DNA of 61,685 nt, counting the filler, from Sphacelaria rigidula (lineage: Eukaryota): assembly GCA_964200075.2 (NCBI GenBank). It is 8 parts of 8 records of this genome, joined end to end, with 100 filler letters (N's around TTAATTAATTAA, not from the genome) between each part and the next. Parts side by side here need not be neighbours in the genome. Positions count along the whole stretch, not along the records: positions 1 to 7,624 come from CAXNAA020014047.1; positions 7,725 to 15,348 come from CAXNAA020014048.1; 6 more parts are not named here. One strand, given 5' to 3'. The notes beneath the pieces are model-generated. The model saw only the letters and a program-made list of their open reading frames with translations, made no database searches and was not told where the DNA came from. Each line of letters opens with the position of its first letter. Positions within the stretch are counted from its first letter, which is position 1. Below are positions 1-11,975 of the stretch, piece after piece. The translations under genes were made by a program, and so were the position numbers.

Positions 1-75
1 CTCCCTTTTGGGCAATCAGGCCGAAGGAATCGTGAATTTGGTGATTTTGAGTCGTGATGATTCGTCTTGACCTTG
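1..75 (-). mobile_element. Partial copy of the ~260-bp hAT-type MITE (family A), cut by the contig start
   Basis: Reverse complement of the left part of the copies at 12840 and 14331 (cttcggcctgattgcccaaaagggag). Confidence 0.8.
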
Positions 76-950
76 GAGGGTACACAGGCTGCTGTTGGCG
101 TTGCGAGACACCTGATTCGGAGCTCATAGGTGTGTTCAAGAAGATGTTGTACGGATCGAAAGAGTATAAAAATAAAGAATGGTAGGTTCGTACGAAGTCT
201 CCGGTCAAACAGATCGTTCATCAGGATATGTGTACGGAGCGACCGGGTTCTTCAGGTCACTAACCGAGAATTGTGTATAGGTTAAACGGATCAAACAGAT
301 ACAGATCAACCACAGATCGCAGAGGTCATACGGCTGATCGTCGGGCAGGCTTGCAGGAGGTACCCGTGCATCAGTAACGCCAGCAGTGTACACGTTGAGG
401 ATTCTTCCCGGGTAATTTTTGTCAGACGCTGGTTGAACAGCGTCATGATGACTCCATTGAGCACATGCTAAAGATCCAGTTTGACAGGTTTAAACGTTTC
501 GAGTCCGCTCATGTGTGTCACTGGTGAACCCCGTTCCTGAGATTGTTTTTCCGGCTTACATGTGTATTTGGATGGTCATGACGCTCACACATATGTGGTC
601 TCCACATGTAGCAACATCTCATTTATTCTTTTCCCACCGCGAATGAGTGCGCATCCTGAACGCGAGGGAATGTGAAAACGGTCGTCCGTACTGCCGCTGG
701 CACAACTGAACTTACGTCTCATCTACCCGAATCACAACTACCAATGTTTTCGCGAGATTGAGAGTAGCAGATCGGATTGAGAATCAACAACTTATTCGAA
801 AGACGGTCACATACACCTTTCGAATTGTTGCACGGAGGCTAGTTAACTGACGTTGGGCTACGTTTTAGAAAGGTTGGCACCATTTTACAAGTATCGCTAC
901 CCTTCACACGTCGGACAACTCATCTCATATAACGCCTTTTCGTACAACCC

Positions 951-1079
951 AGCTGTTGAGATATACATTATAACTCAGCGGTATCTATTTCCACTAGCAG
1001 AGCTATATTGTATAGCTCAGCGCTACCATTCTCCACCAGCTGAGTTATATGGTATAAATCAGCGGTACTTTTTCCCACT
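951..1079. repeat. ~42-bp minisatellite, 3 diverged copies
   Basis: agc(t/a)gag(c/t)tata..gtata..tcagcg(g/c)ta...ccac repeated. Confidence 0.7.
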
Positions 1080-1134
1080 GGGTGGTGGGTCATATCACAG
1101 CACTGAGTTCACGCATGAGTTGTCCGACGTGTGC

Positions 1135-1307
1135 TACCCTTAACCATAACCCCAACCCAACGCATGCCGAGAACCCTCGGGCAAGGGTGGAACAAACATT
1201 CCCTAGGCAAAGTGCGGCCTTGGTAGACCCCAAATCGGCGCCTGTGGCGCCGATTTCCACGAAAACGCGTCCTGTGCACGCGAGGAGCACACGGGACTGT
1301 CAGCCCC
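1135..1307 (+). repeat. Dispersed repeat with a CCCTAA-like end; second copy on the minus strand at ~38663-38830
   Basis: Shared blocks gcatgccgagaaccct, ggcaaagtg, aaatcggcgcc and aaaacgcgt in opposite orientation on a different contig. Confidence 0.65.
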
Positions 1308-3344
1308 ACTAAATTCCGCTTTTCGTCGTTTACACTCAAATCCAGTAATATCAAGTGCAACAGAGTTTACCGGTGTTGGGATACGTTTAAGAATGCTTGA
1401 TATTACTTGATTTGAGTGTGAACGACGATGGTTGACTAGCCTCCTCGATAACGTTGGGTTGAGGTAAGGATTAAGGGTAGCGATGCTTGTAAAGTTGTGT
1501 CAACCATTCTTAAACGTAGCCTCACGACGGTTAACTAGCCTCTTACTATGATTCACGTCAACGTGTCGTGCAATAATTCGGAAGGTGCCAGTGACCGTTT
1601 TCGAAGAAGTTGTTGGCTTTCAATCCGATCTGCTACTCTCGATCTCACGAAAACATTGTTAACCCTGCAGGTCTAGTGCTATCATCGTTCCCCTCCAACC
1701 CAACAACAAAGGCATCGGGCTGCCCTTCTGAGGATGTTGATATTATCATTGCGCTGCTGATGCTATTGCTCAGAGGCCACTGCTGTGGTTTCTAACTGAG
1801 TGAAGCGAATGGGAGCGGCTGTCATCATCGTGATGCTTGTGAGAGATGACTTCGCACCTTAGCTCATGATATATTCCGTTGAGCATGCAAGCAGATCAAA
1901 TTTCCACGGTGATACTCGTATACGTCACCAGTCAGTCCTGGGCTAGGATTTCGATTCAACGGTAGGGGTGCGCTTTTGATGGGCTTTTACCTATGATGCG
2001 AGGACGGTTGCTGAAAAAGTCATCCATCTTGAAAATAATGATGGGTCACATGCACACAGAACCCGTGCTAGCATGATAAGTAAAATCCTAGCTTTTCAGT
2101 CCATTTTTTTCTGAGGCTTTGTACAGTAGATTTTAGTGTCCAGATTATTGTCATGGACAAACCGCGACAGTGCAGATCCTCGGGGGGGAAAACAGGACAG
2201 CTATCGTTACACGTCGCAAAAGTCAAAGATCGTGACACGTCAAGAGTCAAGCGTCGGGCCCGGCTAGTACTACAGTAGGGGATCACGTGGGGAGCCGTGC
2301 TCGAAGTCAAGTCAAGTCGAGGCTCCCCACGTCGTCCCCACCGTCGTCTAGCCTGGCTCAATCTTTGACGTGAAGAGGTAAGTGCCCTGGAAAAAACATA
2401 TGCACATCTGCCGTATAACCACTCGGAAGAAATATACGAGCTTCATGGTCCATGTGCCCAGGCTGCCACTGCCAACTACGGCCTTGTGAACGTGCAAGAC
2501 GTACCCGGGTCGTACCGGTTAGCGGGTGGGATATACTGCAAACATGTTTTTTGTACACTAATTTGGATCTTACGGGGGTGGGAAACTGTGCTTGTATACT
2601 GGATGAAGGATCTACAAGTGAGGGGTAGCTTTTCTGGTATACATGGGATTCGAATCGCACGGGTGTATGACAAGCTGCTGCATTGAATGAGCCGAGTTGT
2701 ATAGATGACAACTATGTGATGTTTTGCGGATTTCACAGTTCTGCAGATCAGTTGTTCATGAACGTGTGTGTGTGACGCAGGTCGTACAGAGATAGTCACT
2801 GGGCAATCATGTACGGGTCGAGCGGGGTCCTACAGATCACCATCAGACAGACGTGCACAGTTGACAGCACACCTCGGACAGGTCACGATCTATGCCACAA
2901 ATGAGCCGAGCCGGATCTGTCACGACCTGATCTGCCCGACGTGTGAACCCTTCCGTTCGAAATCAAATAAACCCTTGAGGATCGGTGTTGGAAACTTCCA
3001 CAGCAAATGTTTTTCTTTCCCCATTCGTTTTCTGCCGAAAAACTTGGAAAACGACAGTTTGATGTTCACAGCAGTGTTGGCGTTTTGGCCCACTGGCCGC
3101 ATTCCACATCCTATCTCACCAATGTGTCATACACACGTGGACAGATAGCACCCTGTAGGACGTGCTGCACAGGGTTCTTCGCAGTCTTTTTGAAAAACTC
3201 TGTACAGCATTTTCAAACCCTAGTACCTCTACCAGCATTTTGTGTAGCGTTTTTCTCGAGACCCTGTAAGCAACTCAGTGGAGAGGCACTCCCAATTTGA
3301 ATATTTCAAATTATTTTGTTACAAAATTTATAAATTTATTTATT

Positions 3345-3885
3345 TAGAGAAGCTGTCTGAAATGATTCCTCTTTTTGCAATCGGGCCAAAAGAGGGATTA
3401 TTTCGGACAGCAGAAGAAGCTGTCCGAAATAGATCCTTTTTTTGCCGAGTTAAATTGGGCAAAAGAGGATCTCTCTTGAACAGCTTCATCTGCTACACAA
3501 GTCTCATACACATGTACGGGATATGTGGAGCAGATGAAGCTGTTCAAAGTAGATTTTTGGTTTGCCCAATTTAATTGGGCAAAAGAGGATCTATCTTGAA
3601 CAGCTTCATCTTCTCCACAAATCCGATACTCACTGGCAGATTTGGAATATGTACAGGAGAAGAAGCTCGAAATAAATCCTCACTTCGCCCGCTGATTCAT
3701 CCGGAAATTGGGCAAAAAGAGAACTTATTGCGAACAGCCCCAACTATGCAAGTTCCGCACACTGCACCACAATCAGCGGATGGGATTCATCATGCAGCAA
3801 AGATTGTCAAAAATAATTCATCCCCTTGTGCCCCAATATACATATCAATCGGGCTAAGGGATAGAATTCTCAACAGCTTTTGCTG
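3345..3885. repeat. Head-to-tail array of palindromic (hairpin) units
   Basis: About 5 units begin (aaatt)gggcaaaagaggat..aacagc and end in its reverse complement. The clearest is 3452-3572 (ttgaacagcttcatctgct / agcagatgaagctgttcaa). Confidence 0.75.
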
Positions 3886-4345
3886 AATACGAATCTCAAA
3901 CACTGATTACGAGTGTATGTCCACACGCCTGAGCTTAGCTACGACGCTTCGGCTTCAGGCGTGGATGCTGAAATGCAGGTGTATACCTCGCATATCAATG
4001 CACATAGTTAATAAAAGCCCCGTGGTCCAGTGTCTATCAATAAGATCAACCGAATGACGTATAGAAAAAAACAATCAGTCGGTCATGCTTTTGTTTATGG
4101 AGGTTTTTGCTTGATATTGATTAGAAGCACAAAAATTTACCCGATGCTAACAACAAATAGGGTAGTGCAATAGATACCTCGTCGCTCTCCCGAGCACAAA
4201 AGAGTGAGTTCGTTATTTACCGCTGCCATTTCTCGACCGTTTTTTTCTGCCGGTACTATGCCCATGCTGTATGGTGGAGTATATTGTATGTGCGCTGTAA
4301 ACATTGTACAGCATATTAACGACAATGAACAGTGCTCGGGATGAC

Positions 4346-4518
4346 GAAACCCTGTGAAGCGTACTGTGCGGCGCGAAGAAAAACCCTACAGCCAAATCCC
4401 CGCGACAAACACTGCGTAATTTTCCTGAAACCCTGTGAAGCGTACTGTGTGACGCAAAAAAACACTCTACAGCCTAATCCCCGCGACAAACACTGCACAG
4501 TTTCCCTGAACCCTGTAG
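4346..4518. repeat. 81-bp tandem duplication (2 copies plus a partial)
   Basis: gaaaccctgtgaagcgtactgtg at 4346 and 4427; aatccccgcgacaaacactgc repeated. Confidence 0.9.
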
Positions 4519-6666
4519 ACGTGCCCCACAGGGTGCTATCTGTCCACATGTGTAAGCTCCATCAGGGCGGTCATCTGTTGAATCCGCCTCGTTCTCTTGA
4601 CTTGAAAAAAATGACTGTGAGACCCGGGTGACACACCCTGCTGGCGGCCAAACGGTTAACCGCCACGGTGGGCCATCTAGGTCTCGCATCCAATTTCACA
4701 ATATAGTGATACCGGATCAATGACTCAACGGTGACCGGTGCATACCATTTTCGAGTGAAAATGGTGATGATTTCACAGACAGATGGACCCTCCTGGGCGG
4801 TCCTATACTTCGGTGGTGGGTAGAGATCGAAGCAAGTGAAACTTACCTACATTATCGAGTAGAAACAGCGGATATTGTTTTCAGGGATGGCACAACGTAA
4901 AAGTCAAAAGTATTGCATCATCTTGCGTACCACTTGTGGCGGATTCGACCAGTTGTTGACGGCCAAACAAACAAGCTCCCGACAGTTGGGCACGGGTCTT
5001 ACATGCTAGTCACTTCGGCATATAGTTGCGGTGTTGTTCCACTCTTGACTTATCCGGGTGACAACGGAAGGGGTGAGGGGGATGAGACATCGTTTTAGGT
5101 GAAGCCGGGTAACGTCGCCTAAGCTTACCCTACCACACAGGTGGACATTTCGCTACACCGTCGGAACACCTTCTGAAGGTTGAGACCATGTGGCGACCCT
5201 CTACAAGGTATAGACCCCTGCTACGACCGTCGGACGACCCTCTACAAGGTATAGAATCCCCTGTGGCGACCTTCTACACATCTTCTATAATGTGCAGCCT
5301 TCATGTATCCTGCGGCGAGAGAAAAATGTCTACTCGTGCAGCCCATGGCTCACGTGGCGGCGATCAACGCGAGGGAACTGCCATGTTATCCCGAAGCACC
5401 CACTTATGATCTACTACGCGCCTATACGTGCGCGAACAACTCAGCGGTGGCATTATTACGCGGTTTCCCCATAGGCGAATCCCGCAAATTTAACAAAATC
5501 TTGCATGTACATGAAAAAATATTTCCGGCTACCGTGTGCTCCACGTCGAAGTTTGGCCGAGGAGTCATACCACGGTAGGGGGGGCTCTACCTATTTCGTT
5601 TCTACTATCGGGGCTCCTGAAACTCAGTAGCTGCCGGGTGGTTTTAAGGTCGGGATGCACAATTGTTTTCTGAGACTCTGCACTTCAGGAGCCTCTCGAT
5701 GGCAAACATCAACGCCTTAGTGTGCAGCCCCAACTTTTTGACGGACACTGCACCCTTGACGTAAAAACCACTCCGCCACAAGTATTGGCTATGGCGCGTC
5801 TGTTCCAAACTTTTTGTGAGGAAATCCACAGCCCATTGGGTTACTGGTTGTGCGGCCTGTTCACATTCTATACCAGCAATTTCTTTGGATGAGATACATG
5901 GGTCCACACGATATAGCTGTAAAGATGTTTTGTGCACCCCTATCGTGGCATCACTCGGAGCGCCTTGCTTCCACACTATATATCAGACATACTGCCAAGC
6001 TTATACAGGAAGACGCTGCTATTGCGTTCTGTGCTAAATGTTAAACTCGCCACTTTGCCAGCAGAAGAAGCCCACCACTTGATGGTGTCATTATTTTCCA
6101 GAAATTAGATAAAATGAAAACCAAGCTCTCCCCGCATCATATGCTGCGAGCAGAAACATGCATCGCCCCGCAAGTCATCTAGAACACCCAACAGCCAGGC
6201 CTCTCTCTCGTTGTGCCCACACAGGTATTGGTTGCAGTCTTACTTATTCGGTGAGAGACTGAATTTGGCTGCGTGCGGAGAACAACGTTGACACTACTAA
6301 GACAGCATTTTTGCTGGAACTCCCCAACCCAGCCAACTGGACTCAACAGCCGATGCCCCCCCCCCCCCATGCCACAACCTCCTTGCTCGATCATGATGAC
6401 ACTGTCTGTCAGAGTTTTATCATACAGCACGCAACCTTCCATGTTACTGTTACATATTTTTCAATGCAAGTATCCTCAACCCGTGTGTTCCCTCCGTCTT
6501 CTGATCCCGCAAGAGTAGAAACGTGGATGCCCTGCCAAAACAGCCAGCGTTTGTCCCTACGCCAAGCTCACGCCGAGGTGGCTCGACCTGGCTTCAAAGT
6601 CAGCCCAGTTGAACTGGCCAGAGGGACAGATCTATACTAGCGACCTCAACTGATCGAGTAGGCTGC

Positions 6667-6823
6667 TCAACGGTTGTAGGTGATCACGCCAGACATGATG
6701 CACGTGATGTCCTCCGGCAACGCCGCTAGGTCATCTGGGGTGTAGCCGGTGTAGTATCCGTCTTCCTCGAGGAAGGTCTTGTGGAAGCCGATGGTAGAGT
6801 CGGCGTCGAAGCTCACGTAGTAC
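6667..6823 (-). CDS. Terminal coding exon of an unidentified gene (YYVSFDADSTIGFHKTFLEEDGYYTGYTPDDLAALPEDITCIMSGVITYNR*)
   Basis: Minus strand: CTGAC branch site, ccacag acceptor, 51 strongly GC3-biased codons, TGA at 6669-6667. This frame is absent from the ORF track. A phase-compatible GTAAGT donor at 7450 may end the previous exon. Confidence 0.6.
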
Positions 6824-7624
6824 CTGTGGAGCGTTGACGTTGTGGAAGAAACTTGTCAGCAGCTCAAGATGGATTCGACGGAATATTTTTTCTCCTATTT
6901 CTAGATCGCAATTCGAGGATGTACAAAGAAGCGACCCAACCGTTGATCTGAACAGACGATTTGCCGCTGCGATACGGCAATTCACTTTCTAATTCGCTGC
7001 ATCAAACAACACGGTAGTGCGAATGAAACCGCACATAGAAGAGATTTCGGCATGAGGCATGCGCATGACAACACAAAGCGGTACCAGGACCGTAACCTGT
7101 ATGTGGGGATGTATCCGATTAATCCAACGAGACAGCGAAATGCAATCTAGTTCCGCTGTAGCGGACGACCTAGTGTGGAGTACGGTGGCGCGGTGTATTG
7201 CCACGATTGTGACCAGAGCGGGTACGCTGTGATACACCCGCCATGACTCTCCCTCTCGTCGGTGTAACCAAGCGCTCGGTAAAGTGCCGATCGAACCCAA
7301 TGAAGTATGACAATATTCGCGAGAATCTGAGCAACAGAAGAGGGTGTGCTACCCTGACACGGATGATGGAAGCATCCCCGTTTTCTAGTGCTGGTCGCCG
7401 AACGCACCGCGATACTTGTTCCTTCTTCATCGTTCCGCCCCCCTACTTACGATGGAGCCAAAGCCGCTCGCAACGGTCTCCACACGCTACCGAGCTTCAC
7501 TACGGCAAGACTCCTCACGAAACCGCCCCCCCCCCCCCCCCCCCCCCAACCGCAGCGGACCCCCACCAACCCCAGCCCCCCACCCACCTCGTTTGCCCGC
7601 CTCCCCGTTCCAAAAAAAAAAGAC

Positions 7625-7724
7625 NNNNNNNNNNNNNNNNNNNNNNNNNNNNNNNNNNNNNNNNNNNNTTAATTAATTAANNNNNNNNNNNNNNNNNNNN
7701 NNNNNNNNNNNNNNNNNNNNNNNN
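7625..7724. other. Artificial contig linker (N44-TTAATTAATTAA-N44)
   Basis: 100-nt spacer with a six-frame stop 12-mer, identical at seven positions. Confidence 0.98.
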
Positions 7725-9372
7725 ACTCACGTCACACAAACCCCACTCGACTACTTTGTTTACTCACGTTCTCACGCTTTCCACGGTGAAAATCATACAT
7801 TACGAAGAAAAAAACCAACACAGAGAGAATCGAATCCCCGTTCTCTCCACCCTTACGCCGACAGTCGGACCAGTACACCACCGGGGTGCGGCGGATGTAG
7901 CAAGTAATCGAGCCACATGCTAGCGTTGCACTCAAACACAACTCGGTGTATTCCTCACGTAGTCGGGACCCCGTCGATCGATCTGCAGGAGCGCGCTGCA
8001 TGCTGTTCTCTCTTGGAAAGGTACCGGTGAAAATTTGTACTTCGAAGTATTTTGTTGCCTCTCGATACCGCACTGTAAGGAAGACTTCCGCTACAAGCAG
8101 CTGCATTCAGGAGCAATGCATTCTTGATGCGCCCAAAAATATTGTCGGCTCGCCGCCTAGGATCCTGGACACCAGCAGCCAAAATAAAGTCCAGTATTGA
8201 AAACTTCTATCGATATTTGGACGATGTGATACCACTCATAGTGACTGAAGTGCGATCAGCCTGACTGCTACGCAACACCGGAAGCCTCTGGGCTTTGGAC
8301 TGCAAAGATCTAGTTTATTGGGTGAACTTCAAATGCGTTCAAGCACACGAGTTGAGTATAGAGCGGCTAACTACCGGGAGAGAGATGGGCTGTTCCCTCG
8401 TCACCACGGACTCGTGCCGAGGAATGTGGAGAGTCAGGGGTGAGGAAGGGGGAGAGTCAGAAATGAGGAAGGGGAGGAGTCAGAAGTGAAAACAAAAAAT
8501 AACGAACACTTGCTTGGACGCGTCCCGAGGGAGGGGTGAAGATAGAGTAAAAAAATGAATTAGCAAACGAAACCCTGGATCAATGAAATTCAGTTCTGAC
8601 TACAGTACATGGAGACGATGCCACCGCGCCTCGGTGGTCTAAAGTAAAATGACACCATTTAATCTCCCGCTAGATACGCCCATCAATAATTGGGGGTTTT
8701 CCCGCGTAGTGTCTGACTTTCGTCGTTGAAGCCATAAGCCGTGAGTGGTAAATCAAGTCTCTTTGGCTATGTTTGTCAGACGAAAGTCGACCCGTTGCGC
8801 GAGTGCTTGGTCATGATCCAATCCGCGATGCCAAAATGGGAGCCGTGTACCGAGGAGGGGGGGGGGGTACACTCATTCTTTGCTTTCCTTAGTCTATTGA
8901 CAACTGACCACGCATCCCTTGCGAAACAGAGCGCGTACCGAGGGAGACATGAACTGACCCGTAAGGACCACGGACTCGTCGCGAGGAAGGGAAAGGGTTC
9001 GGAGCGCGAGCAAAAGAAATGCGTAGTCAGTCTAACCCTCATTGCCGTGCGTGCACAATATCGACAAACGCGCGTTGCATAATGACCTTACACTAACGGA
9101 GCGCGTGAGATTACCCGGATGCAACAACGTCTCGCCGAGGGCACTAGATTTCACCTGCAGAGGTCATGGCGCCTTTTCCAACTTTACGAACATCCTCTGT
9201 TCCACGCTTTTCACTGTTGGAGATGGGCCAACAACCCGGTGAAACAGAGCAACACTTCACCAGTATTAGCCGTACCCTGGACAATGGACAGCATTGGCAA
9301 AGAACCTACCGTGCTACAGTATCGCATCTACTGTATTATCCGTATACAATGTATTCGATACTGCGCGCAGTA

Positions 9373-9976
9373 CGAGCTGGGCCAGCCAACAGTGCGTACT
9401 TTTCTCGCTCAGGCGACGCACAGCGTAAAATAAGTAGTTGGACGCTGAAATTTTGATAGCAGCTTATTATGATCGACATGCAGAATATAACGAGAGCAGC
9501 AAAGAAAAAAAGAAGAAAAAATAAAGATGAGGGAGTTATGGGGATTTGGAATTTCTGAAAAAAACAAGATCACGTCATGAGTCCAGGAAAAAGACAATAA
9601 TCTGCAGCTGCTCCCGTGATGTATCATTTCCTGAAGTGCAAAGGTCTTCGTGAAATTTCAGCTCAAGAGTCGTCGAATTGGGCCGTGCGTGCAACGTTTT
9701 GCGCGACGCTGCTGCACCCCAATCATTGAAGTGATAAAAGACTCCAATTATGGAGGACGTGAGTTCGAATCCCCACAGACTCTCTTCTTTTTTTCGTAAA
9801 CCATATATGATGCAGTACATTTTTCTTCATTTATTTTTTCTTTATTCAGCGGCGGTGCCGTGGGCTACCATGTTGGTCTGCACTTCACAGCGACATGCTT
9901 ACATCGGCTTCATTCGGGAAACTTGGGGAACTGTAGGGTGGACAACGTTTGGCCGCTTTAAAGCTGGCCCACCTCG
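9373..9976 (+). mobile_element. Non-autonomous TIR element (family B), TA TSD, with an internal tRNA-like B-box cassette
   Basis: TA-cgagctgggccagc ... gctggcccacctcg-TA; colinear with 11028-11975; gagttcgaatccc at 9761-9773 followed by a T-run. Confidence 0.85.
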
Positions 9977-10199
9977 TACAGTTCGTGGAAATGGAATCTA
10001 TTCTCCAGGGCGGGGTATCAACGCCGGCGATCTCGAACTTGTCCTCAGGAGCACACGGCCCGGCACTGCTGCAGAAGTCACGGCAGTTCGTCTCCCTCCA
10101 CTTCAAGTCAGGTCATCACAATTCGTCTGCATCTGTTGTGGGTGTATGGAAGAAACATTGACCTATAAAAATTGGGGTTTCTTCTCCATCGGACCAGCC

Positions 10200-10560
10200 T
10201 GTGTGTGTGTGTGTGTTGTCGTCCCATTTATTCTGAGCGCCAGTCTGCACCTTTCGGTATATGTGGGGGCACCAGCCGGGGTCACGCAAGAGGAAGGTCA
10301 CCACAGGGGTTTTTCCTTTCTTTGTTTGTTTCTAGTACCCCACCCTCCTTCTGCAGTGCTTACCTTTATTTTTTATCGCGTGAGGGGTTCAGCAGTCCCT
10401 TTCCCTCGTCGATCACTAAGTCGAATTTTGTGTACCCACGACAGAGTCGCTCTCCACTGTTGGGTATGTGAGAAAAATCCTAGATCGTTCCAGAAATCGA
10501 ACCCCCCTACTCAACCATCAGAAGGTTTCGAGGTTACAAGCTGAGCCACCGGGGCGACCG
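10200..10560 (-). mobile_element. tRNA-derived SINE with a (CA)n tail
   Basis: Minus-strand head gccccggtggctcagcttg (A box) ... ggttcgatttc (B box), body, then (CA)8 tail. Head shared with 26195-26335; 3' end shared with ~45515-45626. Confidence 0.85.
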
Positions 10561-11027
10561 GTTTTCTGTATTAACATGTCAGTGTTCGTGCCGCCGCATA
10601 TACCGAACACGTACCACACCTGACCTAGCCATACACACCTCCTTGATCTGTATGTGCTGTATGCGCGCCTGAGGCACCCGGTTGCCCCGCAGTCAACACC
10701 TCGGGAGTAGGAGCAGTATCGCCTCCGATGTCCATGTCAAGGAGAGCGTCAATCAGCGAATCAGCTTCTTCCGGTCGCGGAGCGAGATCTTTCTGTCCAC
10801 CGAACAGCGATACACCACCGCGGCCTCCCCAACTATTGATAGTGGAAGAAGACGCAGCTTGGCCTGATACAAAGACGTTTATTCCGGAGAGATATCACCG
10901 AGTTTTTGAACGAGTTCATGAATGACCGGCCGCTAGAAAGGATCTCAGGCTTTAGCCTGCACTACTACTGGTGAGCCAAGCGTGAGCTATTAGTGGTATG
11001 GGTTCACGTTTTTCTCCGAAAATTGTA

Positions 11028-11975
11028 CGAGCTGAGCCAGCCAGCAATGGGTGGTGTTCGCGCTCAGGCGACGCACGGCGTGATATTGGGAGTTGGACGC
11101 TGAAATTTCGACAGCAGCTTTTTATGATCGACATGAAAAACATCCCGTGAGCAGCAGAGGAAAACAGAAGAGGGAAAAAAGAAGTTATGGAGATTTGAAA
11201 TTTCAGAAAAAACAAGATAATGCCATGAGGCCGGCTGTTATGGCAAACATATTTTCGGCCCCACAGATTGTTCACTGAACAAAAATTCGTGTGCAAAAAT
11301 CTGTGCTTGCAGACGACCCCCGCCAGTTTGCCCAAGAATCTGTGGAGATTGCCGCAGATTTTTTTGCACACGGATTATTGTTCAGCGGCCTTTCTCGAAA
11401 CGTTGGAGCCAAGCAAATCTGAAAAGCAGACTAGGCTCCACTCTATGGGGTGATGGAAAGTGTCCAAGACGTGTGTTTTTCCTGTTTGGGAGTCAAAAAG
11501 TGGCTCAAACGTCCCAAAAGTGAACATTCCGTGGGCCAAAAATCTGTGGGCTATAACATCCGGCCCAAGCCCAGGGAAAAAATGAAAATCTGCGGCTGCT
11601 CATGGGATGAATCATTTCCTTCGGTGCAGAAGATCTTCGTGAAATTTCAGCTCGAGAGTCGTCGAATTGGGCCATGCGTGCAACGTCTTGCGTGATGCTG
11701 CTGCACCCCTATAATTCAAGTGATGGAAGACTCCCATGTATATAGAGGTCATGAGTTCGAATCCCGACAGATTCTCTTCTTTTTTTTTCGTCCGTCGTTA
11801 ATTTACATACTATGCAATACATTTTTTTTTCATTTTTTTTTTTTTCAGCGGCGGTGCCGTGTGTTACCAGGTTCGTCTGCACTTTACAGCGATATGCTTA
11901 CATCGAGTTCATTCGGGAAACTAGGAAATCTGTGGTGTGAGCAACTTTTAGCAGCTTTTAAGCTGGCCCAGCTCG
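11028..11975 (+). mobile_element. Family B TIR element, second copy, interrupted by a nested MITE
   Basis: TA-cgagctgagccagc ... gctggcccagctcg-TA; aligns with 9373-9976 once 11229-11565 is removed. Confidence 0.85.
11229..11565. mobile_element. Nested 337-bp MITE (PIF/Harbinger-like termini)
   Basis: TIRs ggccggctgttatgg / ctataacatccggcc (13/15). Absent from the sister copy. Three extra nt at the site fit a decayed 3-bp TSD. Confidence 0.7.

Larger units (their letters stand above)
741..1659. mobile_element. Non-autonomous long-TIR element flanked by TA
   Basis: 741-905 is an imperfect inverted repeat of 1472-1659 (caatgttttcgcgagattgagagtagcagatcggattga..., gaggctagttaac...). TA lies on both sides. 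The same terminal motif recurs at ~27575-27615, ~44190-44233 and ~47631-47673. Confidence 0.8.

Noticed and set aside
7669-7680. TTAATTAATTAA as a biological motif
   Set aside because: Always embedded in N runs; a standard six-frame-stop assembly spacer.
9750-10544. 264-aa ORF as a real gene
   Set aside because: Runs across a MITE end, a (GT)n tail and an antisense SINE; a chance open frame.
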